Origin: a candidate division FCPU426 bacterium
GTDB lineage: Bacteria > Oederibacteriota > Muellerivitia > Muellerivitales > Muellerivitaceae
Length of the DNA: 46,002 nucleotides
Assembly (NCBI GenBank): GCA_030038835.1
Contig: JASHQZ010000153.1
Location: 1 to 46,002, forward strand
Direction: 5' to 3'
Below the pieces are notes generated by a model. The model worked only from the letters and a program-made list of their open reading frames with translations, did not search any database and was not told the DNA's origin. The position numbers and the translations under genes are program-made. Each line of letters opens with the position of its first letter. Position 1 is the first letter of the stretch. Below, piece by piece: positions 17,417 to 26,684 of this stretch.

Positions 17417-19558
17417 ATGAGCGGGTTAAGGCATTACAACCAAATCCAAAAGCGGCTCCTTCTGTTGCAGGGGCTCATCCTGGCCTCGGTGCTTTGCGTG
17501 GAGGGACGCCTGGCCTACCTTCAGGTCCTCAAACACGCGGAATTCCGCCAGCTGGCCTACCACCAGCAATACACACCCAAGGAAACCACCCCCTCCCGGG
17601 GCGTCATCGAGGACCGGTCGGGGGCCTTGCTTGCCATGAATATCGGTTTGTTCAATGTTTGCGCCCATCCCAACCAGATCGCCGAAAAGGCGTCCACGGC
17701 CGAGGCCCTCTCCCGCGCCCTGGGGATGTCTTATGCCGAGATCCTCTCCAAGATCGCCGGGGACAAGCCCTTTGCCTGGGTGGCCCGCCAGGTGCCCTAT
17801 GAGCGGTCCCAGGCGGTGGAAAACCTGAAATTGCAGGGCGTGGAGGCCTCCCGCGAGCAAAGGCGCTTTTATCCCGACCATGAGATGGCCGCCCACGTGC
17901 TGGGATTCGCAGGCATCGACGACCAGGGGTTGAACGGGCTGGAGCGCGAATACAACAACAGCCTCACCGGGAAGAGCGGGCTGGTTTTGACCGAAAGGGA
18001 CGCCCGTGGACGGGTGGTGTTGTCCGACAACGAAACCAAAATGGCCGCCGTGGACGGCCTGAACGTGGTGACCACCCTCGACAAGACCCTCCAGCACATC
18101 GCCCAGGTGGAACTGGAAAAGGCCTACGAGAAATACCGCTGCAAGGCAGCCTCCATCGCGGTCATCGACCCCCGCACCGGAGAAATCCTGGCCCTGGCCA
18201 ACTATCCCAATTTCGACCCCAACCACTTCAATGAAGTCCCCCAGGAATGTTGGAAGGACCGGATGGTGAACGACGAATTTGAACCCGGCAGCACCTTCAA
18301 GCTGGTGGCGGCCGTGGGCGCCCTGGAGGAGGGCGCGGTGAACGAAGACGACAAGTTTTTCTGCGAAAACGGGGCCTACCGCACCGATTACGGCCGGGTG
18401 GTGACGGACCACGAGAAGTATGGCTGGCTGACCTTCCGGGAAATCTTCGGGTATTCCAGCAACATCGGCATGGTGAAGGTGGCCGCCAAGCTGGGCGAGA
18501 AAAATCTATTCCGTTATTGCCAGCGTTTCGGCTTCGGCGTGACCACCGGTATCGACCTGCCGGGGGAGGTTTCCGGCACCTTGCGGCCCTTGGACAAATG
18601 GAGCGGCCTTTCCATGACCACCATTCCCTACGGCTATGAGGTGTCCACGACGCCCATCCAGATGTTGGCCGCCTACGCGGCCATCGCCAATGGCGGGGTC
18701 ATGATGCGGCCCCACGTAGTGAAAGAACTGGTGGATTCGGAAGGCAAGGTGGTCCGGGAATTCGGGCCCCAAAAAATCCGCCGCGTGTGCTCGGCCCAAA
18801 CCGCCACGCGCATCACGGAAATGATGAAATGGGTCGTGGAAAAGGGGACGGGCACGGCGGTGGCCCTGCCCTCCTACGACATCGCCGGAAAAACCGGTAC
18901 CGCCTACAAATTCATGAATGGGCATTACTCCAAGTATGACTACGTCTCCTCCTTCATCGGCTTCGTGCCGGCGGAAAACCCCAAGTTCGCCATCTACGTC
19001 TCCCTGGACGACCCCCGTGGGCTTTATTGGGGCGGTTACACGGCCGGCCCGGTCTTCAAAGAAGTGGCCAAGCGGGCGCTCGTGTACGACCTGGTGCCGG
19101 GCAAGGATCAGGCGCCGGCCGTGGCGCAGGACGGGGAACGGCGTTCCATTCCATCCTTCAAAGGCCTGACCCGCGAGCAAAGCGCGTGGCTGGCCCAGGA
19201 GGGCCGGTTCGGAATCAAGTTCAACGGCCAGGGGGACCGGGTGGTGGACCAGTCCCTGCCAGCCGGAGGAACGCTGGCGCCGGAAAACAACAAGCCCGTC
19301 AAGATTGTCCTGACCCTAGGGGCGCCCCCGGCTCCCCTGGCCCAGGGTGTCATGCCGGATTTAAGGGGAAAGACCAAACGGCAGGCCCTGGCCCTTTTGG
19401 CGCCGCTTGGAATACGCGTGAACTTCAAGGGCGAGGGGGTGGTGCGATCGCAATTTCCACCCGCAGGGCGGGCGGTCCAGGACGGAACGGCCTGCGACTT
19501 GAGCTGCGAGGTGCCCGTGGCCAAAACGACTTCCTCCGACGGGGAGAGCAACTCGTGA
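17417..19558 (+). CDS. ftsI: Class B PBP (FtsI) with two C-terminal PASTA domains
   Basis: RGVIEDR, RRFYP, GLNGLE, EPGSTFK (SxxK), SSN, KTGT; IPSFKGLT and MPDLRGKT PASTA starts. Confidence 0.96.
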   Translation: MSGLRHYNQIQKRLLLLQGLILASVLCVEGRLAYLQVLKHAEFRQLAYHQQYTPKETTPSRGVIEDRSGALLAMNIGLFNVCAHPNQIAEKASTAEALSRALGMSYAEILSKIAGDKPFAWVARQVPYERSQAVENLKLQGVEASREQRRFYPDHEMAAHVLGFAGIDDQGLNGLEREYNNSLTGKSGLVLTERDARGRVVLSDNETKMAAVDGLNVVTTLDKTLQHIAQVELEKAYEKYRCKAASIAVIDPRTGEILALANYPNFDPNHFNEVPQECWKDRMVNDEFEPGSTFKLVAAVGALEEGAVNEDDKFFCENGAYRTDYGRVVTDHEKYGWLTFREIFGYSSNIGMVKVAAKLGEKNLFRYCQRFGFGVTTGIDLPGEVSGTLRPLDKWSGLSMTTIPYGYEVSTTPIQMLAAYAAIANGGVMMRPHVVKELVDSEGKVVREFGPQKIRRVCSAQTATRITEMMKWVVEKGTGTAVALPSYDIAGKTGTAYKFMNGHYSKYDYVSSFIGFVPAENPKFAIYVSLDDPRGLYWGGYTAGPVFKEVAKRALVYDLVPGKDQAPAVAQDGERRSIPSFKGLTREQSAWLAQEGRFGIKFNGQGDRVVDQSLPAGGTLAPENNKPVKIVLTLGAPPAPLAQGVMPDLRGKTKRQALALLAPLGIRVNFKGEGVVRSQFPPAGRAVQDGTACDLSCEVPVAKTTSSDGESNS

Positions 19559-21036
19559 AATTCCTGACCCTCTCCAAAACCATCAAGGGCGCGAAAATGG
19601 CGGGTAAGGGCAACCCCGTATTGACGGGCATCGCGGAAAATTCCAAAACAACCCATCCGGGCGAGCTTTTCGTTTGCATCCCCGGGTCCAAGGCCGACGG
19701 GCGGGCCTATGCGGAGGAAGCGGTGCAGTTGGGCGCCCAGGCCCTCGTGGTCCAAGGCGAACCCTTGCGGGGTTTGGAAGTCCCCCAACTGGTGGTCAAG
19801 GACAGCCGGGAGGCCCTGGCCCGCCTGGCCCACGCCTACTATGGAAACCCCTCGAAAAAGGTCAAAGTGCTCGGCGTGACCGGCACCAAAGGGAAAACCA
19901 CCACTACCTACCTGATCCGTTCCATCCTTCAAAAAGCGGGCCAGGAAGCGGGTTTGATCGGCACCATCGCCTACCAGATCGGCCCCAAGATTTACGAGGC
20001 CAACAATACCACGCCCTCGTCCCTGACCCTGGTCAAGCTCCTGGACGAAATGCGCAGGAAAAAATGCAAATGGGCGGTGATGGAGGTTTCCTCGCACGCA
20101 CTGGAGATGAAGCGGGTCCTGGGGGTGGAGTTCACGGGCGCGGTCTTCACCAACCTGGGCCGGGACCACCTGGACTACCACAAGAATTTCACCAACTATT
20201 TTATGGCCAAACGACGGTTGTTTACGGAGTTCAAGAGCGTCAAGGCCCGCGCGGTCAACGCGGACGACCCCTACGGCCAGAAACTTTTGAGGGAGCTCAA
20301 GTCCAAGGCCGTGGGTTACGGGATCAAGTCCAAATGCGCCTATCGCGCCGCCCATGTGGAGCATAAGCCGGGACTGATCCGTTTCGAGGTGCAAGGCCAA
20401 AAATTCGAGGCGCCGCTGACGGGTCTCTTCAATGTTTACAACTCGCTGGCCGCCCTTTCGGTCTTAAGGGAACTGGGCCTTTCCTGGGAAGTCCTGAAGG
20501 ACGGGTTGAGGCGCGCGCCGGCGGTTCCGGGCCGGTTCGAGGAAGTCTCCGCCGGACAGGATTTCACGGTACTGGTGGATTACGCCCACACGCCCGACGC
20601 CCTGAAGCAGGCCCTGGCGGCCTCCCGGGAAATTTTGGGGAAAAAGAGCCGGCACCGGCTGATCTCGGTGTTCGGGTGCGGCGGGGACCGGGACAAAACC
20701 AAGCGCCCCTTGATGGGCAAGATTTCCGCCCAACTGGCCGACATGACGGTGGTGACCTCGGACAACCCGCGCACGGAAAACCCCTCGGCCATTTTGGAGG
20801 ACATCCTGCGGGGGATCCCCCGGCCGCTCCGGGAAAACGGGCACCGAAAGGTTTGGGTGGAGGAGGAGCGGGGCGCGGCCATCCTCAAAGCGCTGTCCAT
20901 GGCTCAAAAGGGGGACTTGGTCCTTATCGCGGGCAAGGGCCATGAGACCTACCAGATTATCGGTAACGAGAAGCGCCACTTCGACGACCGGGAAGTGGCA
21001 AGGGAAATACTGAAGAAGATGACCAAGGCTTCCTAA
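19555..21036 (+). CDS. murE: UDP-MurNAc-L-Ala-D-Glu--meso-DAP ligase
   Basis: GVTGTKGKTT, MEVSSHAL, DHLDYH, DYAHTPD, DNPR (meso-DAP specificity), AGKGHE; GTG 19555 overlaps the ftsI stop. Confidence 0.97.
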   Translation: MKFLTLSKTIKGAKMAGKGNPVLTGIAENSKTTHPGELFVCIPGSKADGRAYAEEAVQLGAQALVVQGEPLRGLEVPQLVVKDSREALARLAHAYYGNPSKKVKVLGVTGTKGKTTTTYLIRSILQKAGQEAGLIGTIAYQIGPKIYEANNTTPSSLTLVKLLDEMRRKKCKWAVMEVSSHALEMKRVLGVEFTGAVFTNLGRDHLDYHKNFTNYFMAKRRLFTEFKSVKARAVNADDPYGQKLLRELKSKAVGYGIKSKCAYRAAHVEHKPGLIRFEVQGQKFEAPLTGLFNVYNSLAALSVLRELGLSWEVLKDGLRRAPAVPGRFEEVSAGQDFTVLVDYAHTPDALKQALAASREILGKKSRHRLISVFGCGGDRDKTKRPLMGKISAQLADMTVVTSDNPRTENPSAILEDILRGIPRPLRENGHRKVWVEEERGAAILKALSMAQKGDLVLIAGKGHETYQIIGNEKRHFDDREVAREILKKMTKAS

Positions 21037-22376
21037 TGCTTCCATGGACCTTGCGGGAGGTTGCCGCCCTTGCCAACGGGCGGCTGGTGAGGGGGGAGGG
21101 TGAAAGCAGAATCACGGGGGTCGTGCACGACACCCGCGACGTGGGAAAGGGCGACCTTTTCGCCGCCATCCGCGGGAGCCGGCTGGACGGCCACCGGTTC
21201 GTCAGGCAAGCCGCGCAAAAGGGCGCCAAGGCCGCGTTGGTTTCCCGGGTCATGGCCGTGGGGGTTCCGCAAGTCCTGGTGGCGGACACCACCCGGGCGT
21301 TGGGCGACCTGGGGAGGGCCCAACGGCTGCAGTGGAACGGCCCTGTGGTGGCGGTGACGGGCAGCGTGGGCAAGACCACGGTCAAGGACATGACGGCCCA
21401 ACTGCTCTCGGGTTCCTTCCGGGTCCTGAAGACGCAGGGGAACCTGAACAACCAATGGGGCCTGCCGCTGACCCTGTTGAAGCTGAGGACGGAGCATGAG
21501 GTGGCAGTGGTGGAGCTGGGCATCAACCACCCCGGGGAAATGGAAAGGCTTTCCGACATATCCAGGCCCGACGTGGCCGTGGTGACGGCCATCGGGGAGG
21601 CGCACCTTGGGTTTTTCAAGGACCGCCGCCACCTGGCGCGGGAAAAACAAACGATCGCGGCGCATTTAAGGGAAAGGGGAACCAACATCTTGAACGCGAA
21701 CGACGCCTTGCTGAGGAAGAACGTGGAAAACGTGATGACCTTCGGGCTGAAATTGGGCCAGGTGCGGGCCGTCCGCCTGGAGCCGGACGGGTTGGGGACG
21801 CGTTTCGAGATCCGGGCGCAGGGTGAAACTGCGGCCACGCGGCTTTCCATGCCGGGCGCGCACAACGTGCGCAATTCCATGGCGGCGGTTGCGGCGGGCC
21901 TGGCCCTGGGGATCCCCTTGAAGGCCCTGGCCCAACGGTTGAGGAACTTTGTTTCCGAAGCGCCCATGCGCATGGAGATCAAGAACCTGGGCGGCATCCT
22001 TTTCGTCAACGACGCGTACAACGCCTCGCCGACCTCGATGGAGGCGGCCCTGGTCACCTTCGCCGGCATGCAGGGCCCGCAACGCAAATGGGCGGTCCTG
22101 GGCGACATGCTGGAACTGGGAGAATTCTCGCCCGAGACCCATTACCGCATCGCGAAAAAGGCCATGGGCAGCGGTTTGGAGGGCGTGCTTTTGGTAGGGT
22201 CCCGCATGCGGAGGGCCTTCAACGGCTTGACCGGGGGACAAAAAAACAAGGCCTGGGCCTTCGGGGAAGTGGCGGACGCCCGGATGTTCTTAAGGCGGTC
22301 CGTGGAGAAGGGCGACGCGGTCCTCTTGAAGGCCTCGAGAGGCATGAGGTTGGAAAAAATCCTGGAGGGATTTTGA
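21036..22376 (+). CDS. murF: UDP-MurNAc-tripeptide--D-Ala-D-Ala ligase
   Basis: VTGSVGKTTVK, NLNNQWGLPLTL, NDAYNASP, LGDMLELG, KASRG. Confidence 0.97.
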   Translation: MLPWTLREVAALANGRLVRGEGESRITGVVHDTRDVGKGDLFAAIRGSRLDGHRFVRQAAQKGAKAALVSRVMAVGVPQVLVADTTRALGDLGRAQRLQWNGPVVAVTGSVGKTTVKDMTAQLLSGSFRVLKTQGNLNNQWGLPLTLLKLRTEHEVAVVELGINHPGEMERLSDISRPDVAVVTAIGEAHLGFFKDRRHLAREKQTIAAHLRERGTNILNANDALLRKNVENVMTFGLKLGQVRAVRLEPDGLGTRFEIRAQGETAATRLSMPGAHNVRNSMAAVAAGLALGIPLKALAQRLRNFVSEAPMRMEIKNLGGILFVNDAYNASPTSMEAALVTFAGMQGPQRKWAVLGDMLELGEFSPETHYRIAKKAMGSGLEGVLLVGSRMRRAFNGLTGGQKNKAWAFGEVADARMFLRRSVEKGDAVLLKASRGMRLEKILEGF

Positions 22377-22377
22377 G

Positions 22378-22572
22378 ATGCTCGACCTGAAACAGTTCCT
22401 GGACGGCTTGGCGGACGAGAACCACCCCTTCCGCAAAGGGCCGGATTTAAGGCAAGGATCGGCCCTGCCCCCGGAAGAAACAATGGAGAAGGTGTGGGGG
22501 CCCTTCCGGAGGGATGAAGCTTGGAGGGAGCGGCAGGTGCGGTTTTACTTCATGAGGATCAACAAAAACTAA
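22378..22572 (+). CDS. Small hypothetical protein (64 aa) inside the dcw cluster
   Basis: GGAGG at 22364; starts 1 nt after the murF stop and ends 10 nt before mraY; mostly G/C third codon positions. Confidence 0.7.
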   Translation: MLDLKQFLDGLADENHPFRKGPDLRQGSALPPEETMEKVWGPFRRDEAWRERQVRFYFMRINKN

Positions 22573-22582
22573 GGATTCAACG

Positions 22583-23671
22583 GTGCTTTACAAACTACTT
22601 TACCCCCTGGCCAGCCATTTCATCGGTTTCAACGTCTTCCGTTACGTCACCTTCCGGAGCGTCTACGCCGCCGTGACGGCTTTCGGGCTCTGCCTGCTTT
22701 GGGGACGCGCGGTGATCGCCCGAATCCAGGCGGCCCAACTGGGGGAGAAAATACGCTATGACGGCCCGGCCGGCCATTCCTCCAAGGCTGGAACGCCCAC
22801 CATGGGAGGGGTTCTCATCCTTTTGGCGCTTGTCCTCAGCGGCCTTCTTTGGGTGCGTTTGGACTCGAAATTCTTCTGGCTGGCCTTCTTTTCCATCCTG
22901 TGGTTCGGCTGCCTCGGATTTTTGGACGACCTCATCAAGCTCAAGGGCATCGGTAAAAGCCGGGGAATTCCCGGGGGGTGGAAGCTGATGTTCCAGTTCA
23001 TCGGGGCCATCCTGATTGTTTATGGATACCTGTATGTCCTGCCGGACGACTTCGTCTTGAAAACCGCCATTACCCTTCCTTTCTTTAAACATCCGCTCAA
23101 CCTGGACGTGGTCTACCCCTTTTTCGCCATCCTCGTCATCGTCGGGGCCTCCAATTCGGTCAACCTGACGGACGGATTGGATGGGCTGGCCATCGGCTGC
23201 ACCACCTTCGCGGCCATGGCCTTCGTGGTGGTCACCTATGTGTCCGGCAACGTGAAGTTCAGCGAGTACCTCAAAATCATCCAAGTGCCGGGCTCCAGCG
23301 AGCTCACGGTCCTTTGCGCGGCCCTGGTGGGAGCGGGACTGGGGTTCCTCTGGTTCAACGCCCCCCCGGCGCAAATCTTCATGGGCGACACCGGATCGCT
23401 TGCCTTGGGCGGACTTTTAGGGACCATCGCGGTGATGGTAAAGCAGGAAGTCCTCCTCATCATCGTGGGCGGCATCTTCGTGGCCGAGGCGCTTTCGGTC
23501 ATCATCCAAGTGACTTCCTTCAAGATGAGCGGCAAGAGGGTTTTCAAGATGGCGCCCTTGCACCACCATTTCGAGTTGTCGGGGGTTCCCGAATCCAAGC
23601 TCATCGTGAGGTTTTGGATCATCGCCATCATATTGACGTTGCTGACGCTTTCGACCTTGAAACTTCGTTGA
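22583..23671 (+). CDS. mraY: Phospho-N-acetylmuramoyl-pentapeptide transferase
   Basis: KAGTPTMGG, LDD, NLTDGLDGL, FMGDTGSL, MAPLHHHFEL. Confidence 0.98.
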   Translation: MLYKLLYPLASHFIGFNVFRYVTFRSVYAAVTAFGLCLLWGRAVIARIQAAQLGEKIRYDGPAGHSSKAGTPTMGGVLILLALVLSGLLWVRLDSKFFWLAFFSILWFGCLGFLDDLIKLKGIGKSRGIPGGWKLMFQFIGAILIVYGYLYVLPDDFVLKTAITLPFFKHPLNLDVVYPFFAILVIVGASNSVNLTDGLDGLAIGCTTFAAMAFVVVTYVSGNVKFSEYLKIIQVPGSSELTVLCAALVGAGLGFLWFNAPPAQIFMGDTGSLALGGLLGTIAVMVKQEVLLIIVGGIFVAEALSVIIQVTSFKMSGKRVFKMAPLHHHFELSGVPESKLIVRFWIIAIILTLLTLSTLKLR

Positions 23672-23679
23672 ACGAAAGG

Positions 23680-23781
23680 CCAACACGAAGGCACAAAGAC
23701 CCCCAGAAAGGCAGCGAAGTGATAAAGAAAAAAAACCAAAGTAAAAAAGATGGTCCATGTGCCTTCGTAACCCCGTGTTGG
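23680..23781. repeat. Imperfect inverted-repeat element between mraY and murD
   Basis: CCAACACG/CGTGTTGG and ACGAAGGCACA/TGTGCCTTCGT arms around an A-rich spacer. Confidence 0.7.
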
Positions 23782-23800
23782 AAGTTGGTTTAGGAGACTT

Positions 23801-25180
23801 ATGCATTACGTGCACGGAAAACAAGTGGCGGTTATCGGGTTGGGCCGGTCCGGTTTCGCGGCGGCGCGGCTTTTGTCCGTCCATGGCGCCCATGTGGTCG
23901 TCCTGGATGACAAGACCCCGGAAAAACTTTCGGGCTGGATCGAGCGGGCCGAGCAGTTGGCCCACGTGAAGCTCCTGCTGGGGGGCATCGACCCCGCCAC
24001 CGTGGCCAACGCGGACCTGGTGGTGGTCTCCCCCGGCGTTCCCGCGAACCACCCGACCCTGGAAGCGGCCCGGGAGAAGGGAATCACGGTGATTGGGGAA
24101 ATGGAACTGGCGTTCGGCTATTGCCCGGCGCCGGTGGCGGCCATTACGGGCACCAACGGCAAGACCACCACCACCACCCTGGCGGCCGCCATGATCCAGG
24201 CCTCGGGACAGAAAGCCGTCGCCTGCGGCAACATCGGAAAGGCCTTCTCGGAGGCGGTTTTCGAGCTTTGTACGGAGGATTGGGCGGTGCTGGAAGTTTC
24301 CAGCTTCCAACTAGAGACTATCGAGGAATTCCGGCCCAAGGTGGCCGCGGTCCTGAACGTGACGCCGGACCACCTGGACCGGCACCAGGGCATGCAGGAG
24401 TACGTGGAGACCAAGGGACGAATCTTCGAAAACCAAAAACCCGGGGATGCGGCCCTGCTGAATCTTTCCGACAAGTACACCCCCATCCTTTCCACCCTGG
24501 TCAAAAGCCGGCTTTATTTCTTCGGCTTCCCCGGGAACAAACCCGCCCCCAAACCCGGTTGTTACGCCTTGGACGGAAAAATCGAGCTCTTGGGCCGCCC
24601 CCTGCTCCCCGTGTCGGAATTGAAGATACCCGGGCCGCACAACGTGGAAAACGCCTGCGCGGCGTCCCTCATGGCCTCCCTTTGCGGGGTTCCGGACGAA
24701 TCCATCGCGAAGACCCTCCGAGACTTCACGGGAGTAGAGCACCGCCTGGAGGCGGCGGGCGAGATCAACGGCGTCCGATTTGTGAATGACTCCAAGGGGA
24801 CCAACGTGGATTCGGTGCTGAAGGCCCTGGAGAGCTTCGAAAGGCCCATCGTGCTCATCCTGGGCGGCCGGGACAAGGCCAGTGACTTCACGAAACTGGG
24901 CTCCCTGGTGAAGCAAAAGGTCACGCGCATCGTGGCCTTCGGGGAATGCAAGCAAAAGATCGTCCAGCAGCTTTCCCCCGCCGCCACGGTCGTGGAGGCG
25001 GGAAGCCTCGAGGAAACGGTGAACGGAGCCTATGCGGCCTGCGAGAGGGGCGGCGTGGTGCTGTTTTCGCCCGGTTGCGCCAGTTTCGACATGTTCCAGA
25101 ACTACGAGGACCGCGGAAGGCAGTTCAAGGCGGTGGTGGCCAAGATGGCCCAGCAAAAGGCCGGAAAAGTGAACGTTTAA
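23801..25180 (+). CDS. murD: UDP-MurNAc-L-Ala--D-Glu ligase
   Basis: GLGRSG, SPG, ITGTNGKTT, EVSSFQL, DHLDRH, NDSKGTN, SPGCASFD. Confidence 0.98.
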   Translation: MHYVHGKQVAVIGLGRSGFAAARLLSVHGAHVVVLDDKTPEKLSGWIERAEQLAHVKLLLGGIDPATVANADLVVVSPGVPANHPTLEAAREKGITVIGEMELAFGYCPAPVAAITGTNGKTTTTTLAAAMIQASGQKAVACGNIGKAFSEAVFELCTEDWAVLEVSSFQLETIEEFRPKVAAVLNVTPDHLDRHQGMQEYVETKGRIFENQKPGDAALLNLSDKYTPILSTLVKSRLYFFGFPGNKPAPKPGCYALDGKIELLGRPLLPVSELKIPGPHNVENACAASLMASLCGVPDESIAKTLRDFTGVEHRLEAAGEINGVRFVNDSKGTNVDSVLKALESFERPIVLILGGRDKASDFTKLGSLVKQKVTRIVAFGECKQKIVQQLSPAATVVEAGSLEETVNGAYAACERGGVVLFSPGCASFDMFQNYEDRGRQFKAVVAKMAQQKAGKVNV

Positions 25181-25189
25181 TCGTGGAAA

Positions 25190-25465
25190 GGCCCGAAGAT
25201 CCCACGGGAATCTTTGGGCCGTCGCTTGGGGATGGGGTTTTAAAAGTTTTGCAAACGAAAGGATTTTCATTCTTGCGTTCGGATTCTGAGACCAACACCT
25301 ACCAACGCCTATTCAACACCTCCGAAGCCTTGCTCGGAATCCGAACGGAAGGATGAACTTCCAAAAGCAGTGTTGAGTTCTAAGTTTTGAGCGGATGAAC
25401 GTTTCCCAATGAAATTCATTGGGAAACAAACCGTAACTTAAAACTACAAACTTGAAACTAAGAAC
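25190..25465. repeat. Three hairpins with embedded short tandem repeats between murD and ftsW
   Basis: Hairpin 25190-25220; 25-bp stem 25266-25290/25333-25357; perfect 13-bp palindrome 25401-25427 flanked by heptamer arms. Confidence 0.8.
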
Positions 25466-25476
25466 CGAGGTTCAGG

Positions 25477-26643
25477 ATGGGTTTTAGAAAACAAGAACAA
25501 GCTTCGCCGGACTTCCTGATTTTCCTGTTGACCCTGATTTTGGTCACGGTGGGGCTCATCATGATCTACAGCGCCTCGGCCATCCTGGCCCATGACCGCT
25601 ACGGGAGTTCCTATTACTTCTTCGGCCGGCAGCTGCTCTGGGTTTTGGCGGGGAGCGCCGCCATGTGGGTGGTTTCGCGGGTGGACCTGGAATCCATGCG
25701 CGCCCTGGCCATCCCAGGATTGTTCACGGCCATCTTCCTGATGGCCCTGGTATGCGTGCCGGGGATCGGGAAGACCGTGGGTGGGGCCCAAAGGTGGTTC
25801 CGCCTGGGGCCCTTCTCGTTCCAGCCGTCGGAAGTCTTAAAGATCGCCCTGGTTTTCTACTTGGCGGATTCCCTGGAGCGACGCCGGCAAACCCTCTCGA
25901 ACCTCTCGGGGCTGTTTCCCTACCTCGTGATCCTGGGAATCTGCATGCTGCTTTTGGAAAAACAACACGACTTCGGGACGGCGGTGCTTTTGGCCCTGGT
26001 CACCATCCTTTTGCTTTTCCTGGCCGGGATGCAATGGACTTTTTTCCTGATCCCTCTTTCCATCCTGCTGCCGGTTTTCATCTTCCTGGTGGAGTCGGCC
26101 AGCTACCGCATGAAGCGCATCACGGCCTTTTTAAACCCATGGGAAGACCCGCAGGGCGCCGGGTTCCAGCTGATCCAAAGCCTGATCGCCGTGGGCAACG
26201 GCGGGCCGCTGGGGGTGGGACTTTCCAACAGCTCGCAAAAGCTCTTCTACCTTCCCGCGCCCCATACGGACTTCATCTTCGCCATCATCGCCGAGGAACT
26301 GGGGATGGTGGGGGCGGGCACCCTGGTATTCCTTTTCGGGGTCTTTATCCTCAGGGGCTTCAAGGTGGCCTCGGTGTGGGGACAAAGGGAGGGCGGGATG
26401 TTCCTGTCACTCTTGGCCGCGGGCATTACGGCGATGATCGGGTTCCAAACCTTGATCAACTTGGGGGTGGTGACGGGTCTCCTTCCCACCAAGGGCATCC
26501 CCCTGCCGCTGATTTCCTACGGAGGATCTTCCATGGTCTTTACCCTGGTTTCCATCGGAATCCTGTTCAACATCTCCCGGGGAATCAAAATGCCGTCGCC
26601 CTTGACGGAAGGGGCCGGGTATGGGGCCCTCGGGATCGGCTGA
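25477..26643 (+). CDS. ftsW: SEDS peptidoglycan polymerase FtsW
   Basis: GAQRW, FQPSE, HDFGT, LPAPHTDFIFAIIAEELG, LPTKGIPLPLISYGGSS. Confidence 0.97.
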   Translation: MGFRKQEQASPDFLIFLLTLILVTVGLIMIYSASAILAHDRYGSSYYFFGRQLLWVLAGSAAMWVVSRVDLESMRALAIPGLFTAIFLMALVCVPGIGKTVGGAQRWFRLGPFSFQPSEVLKIALVFYLADSLERRRQTLSNLSGLFPYLVILGICMLLLEKQHDFGTAVLLALVTILLLFLAGMQWTFFLIPLSILLPVFIFLVESASYRMKRITAFLNPWEDPQGAGFQLIQSLIAVGNGGPLGVGLSNSSQKLFYLPAPHTDFIFAIIAEELGMVGAGTLVFLFGVFILRGFKVASVWGQREGGMFLSLLAAGITAMIGFQTLINLGVVTGLLPTKGIPLPLISYGGSSMVFTLVSIGILFNISRGIKMPSPLTEGAGYGALGIG

Positions 26644-26684
26644 GGCCAGGGGGATAAAAATGAAAATTATGAAAGGCTTGAAAA

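Noticed and set aside
19027-19554. 669-aa ORF suggesting a MurE N-terminal extension or FtsI-MurE fusion
   Set aside because: The extra segment overlaps ftsI out of frame; the real start is GTG 19555 with an SD and GTGA overlap.
25291-25321. Possible mini-CRISPR in the ACCAACACCT repeats
   Set aside because: Units are about 10 nt with no spacers, and there are no cas genes.
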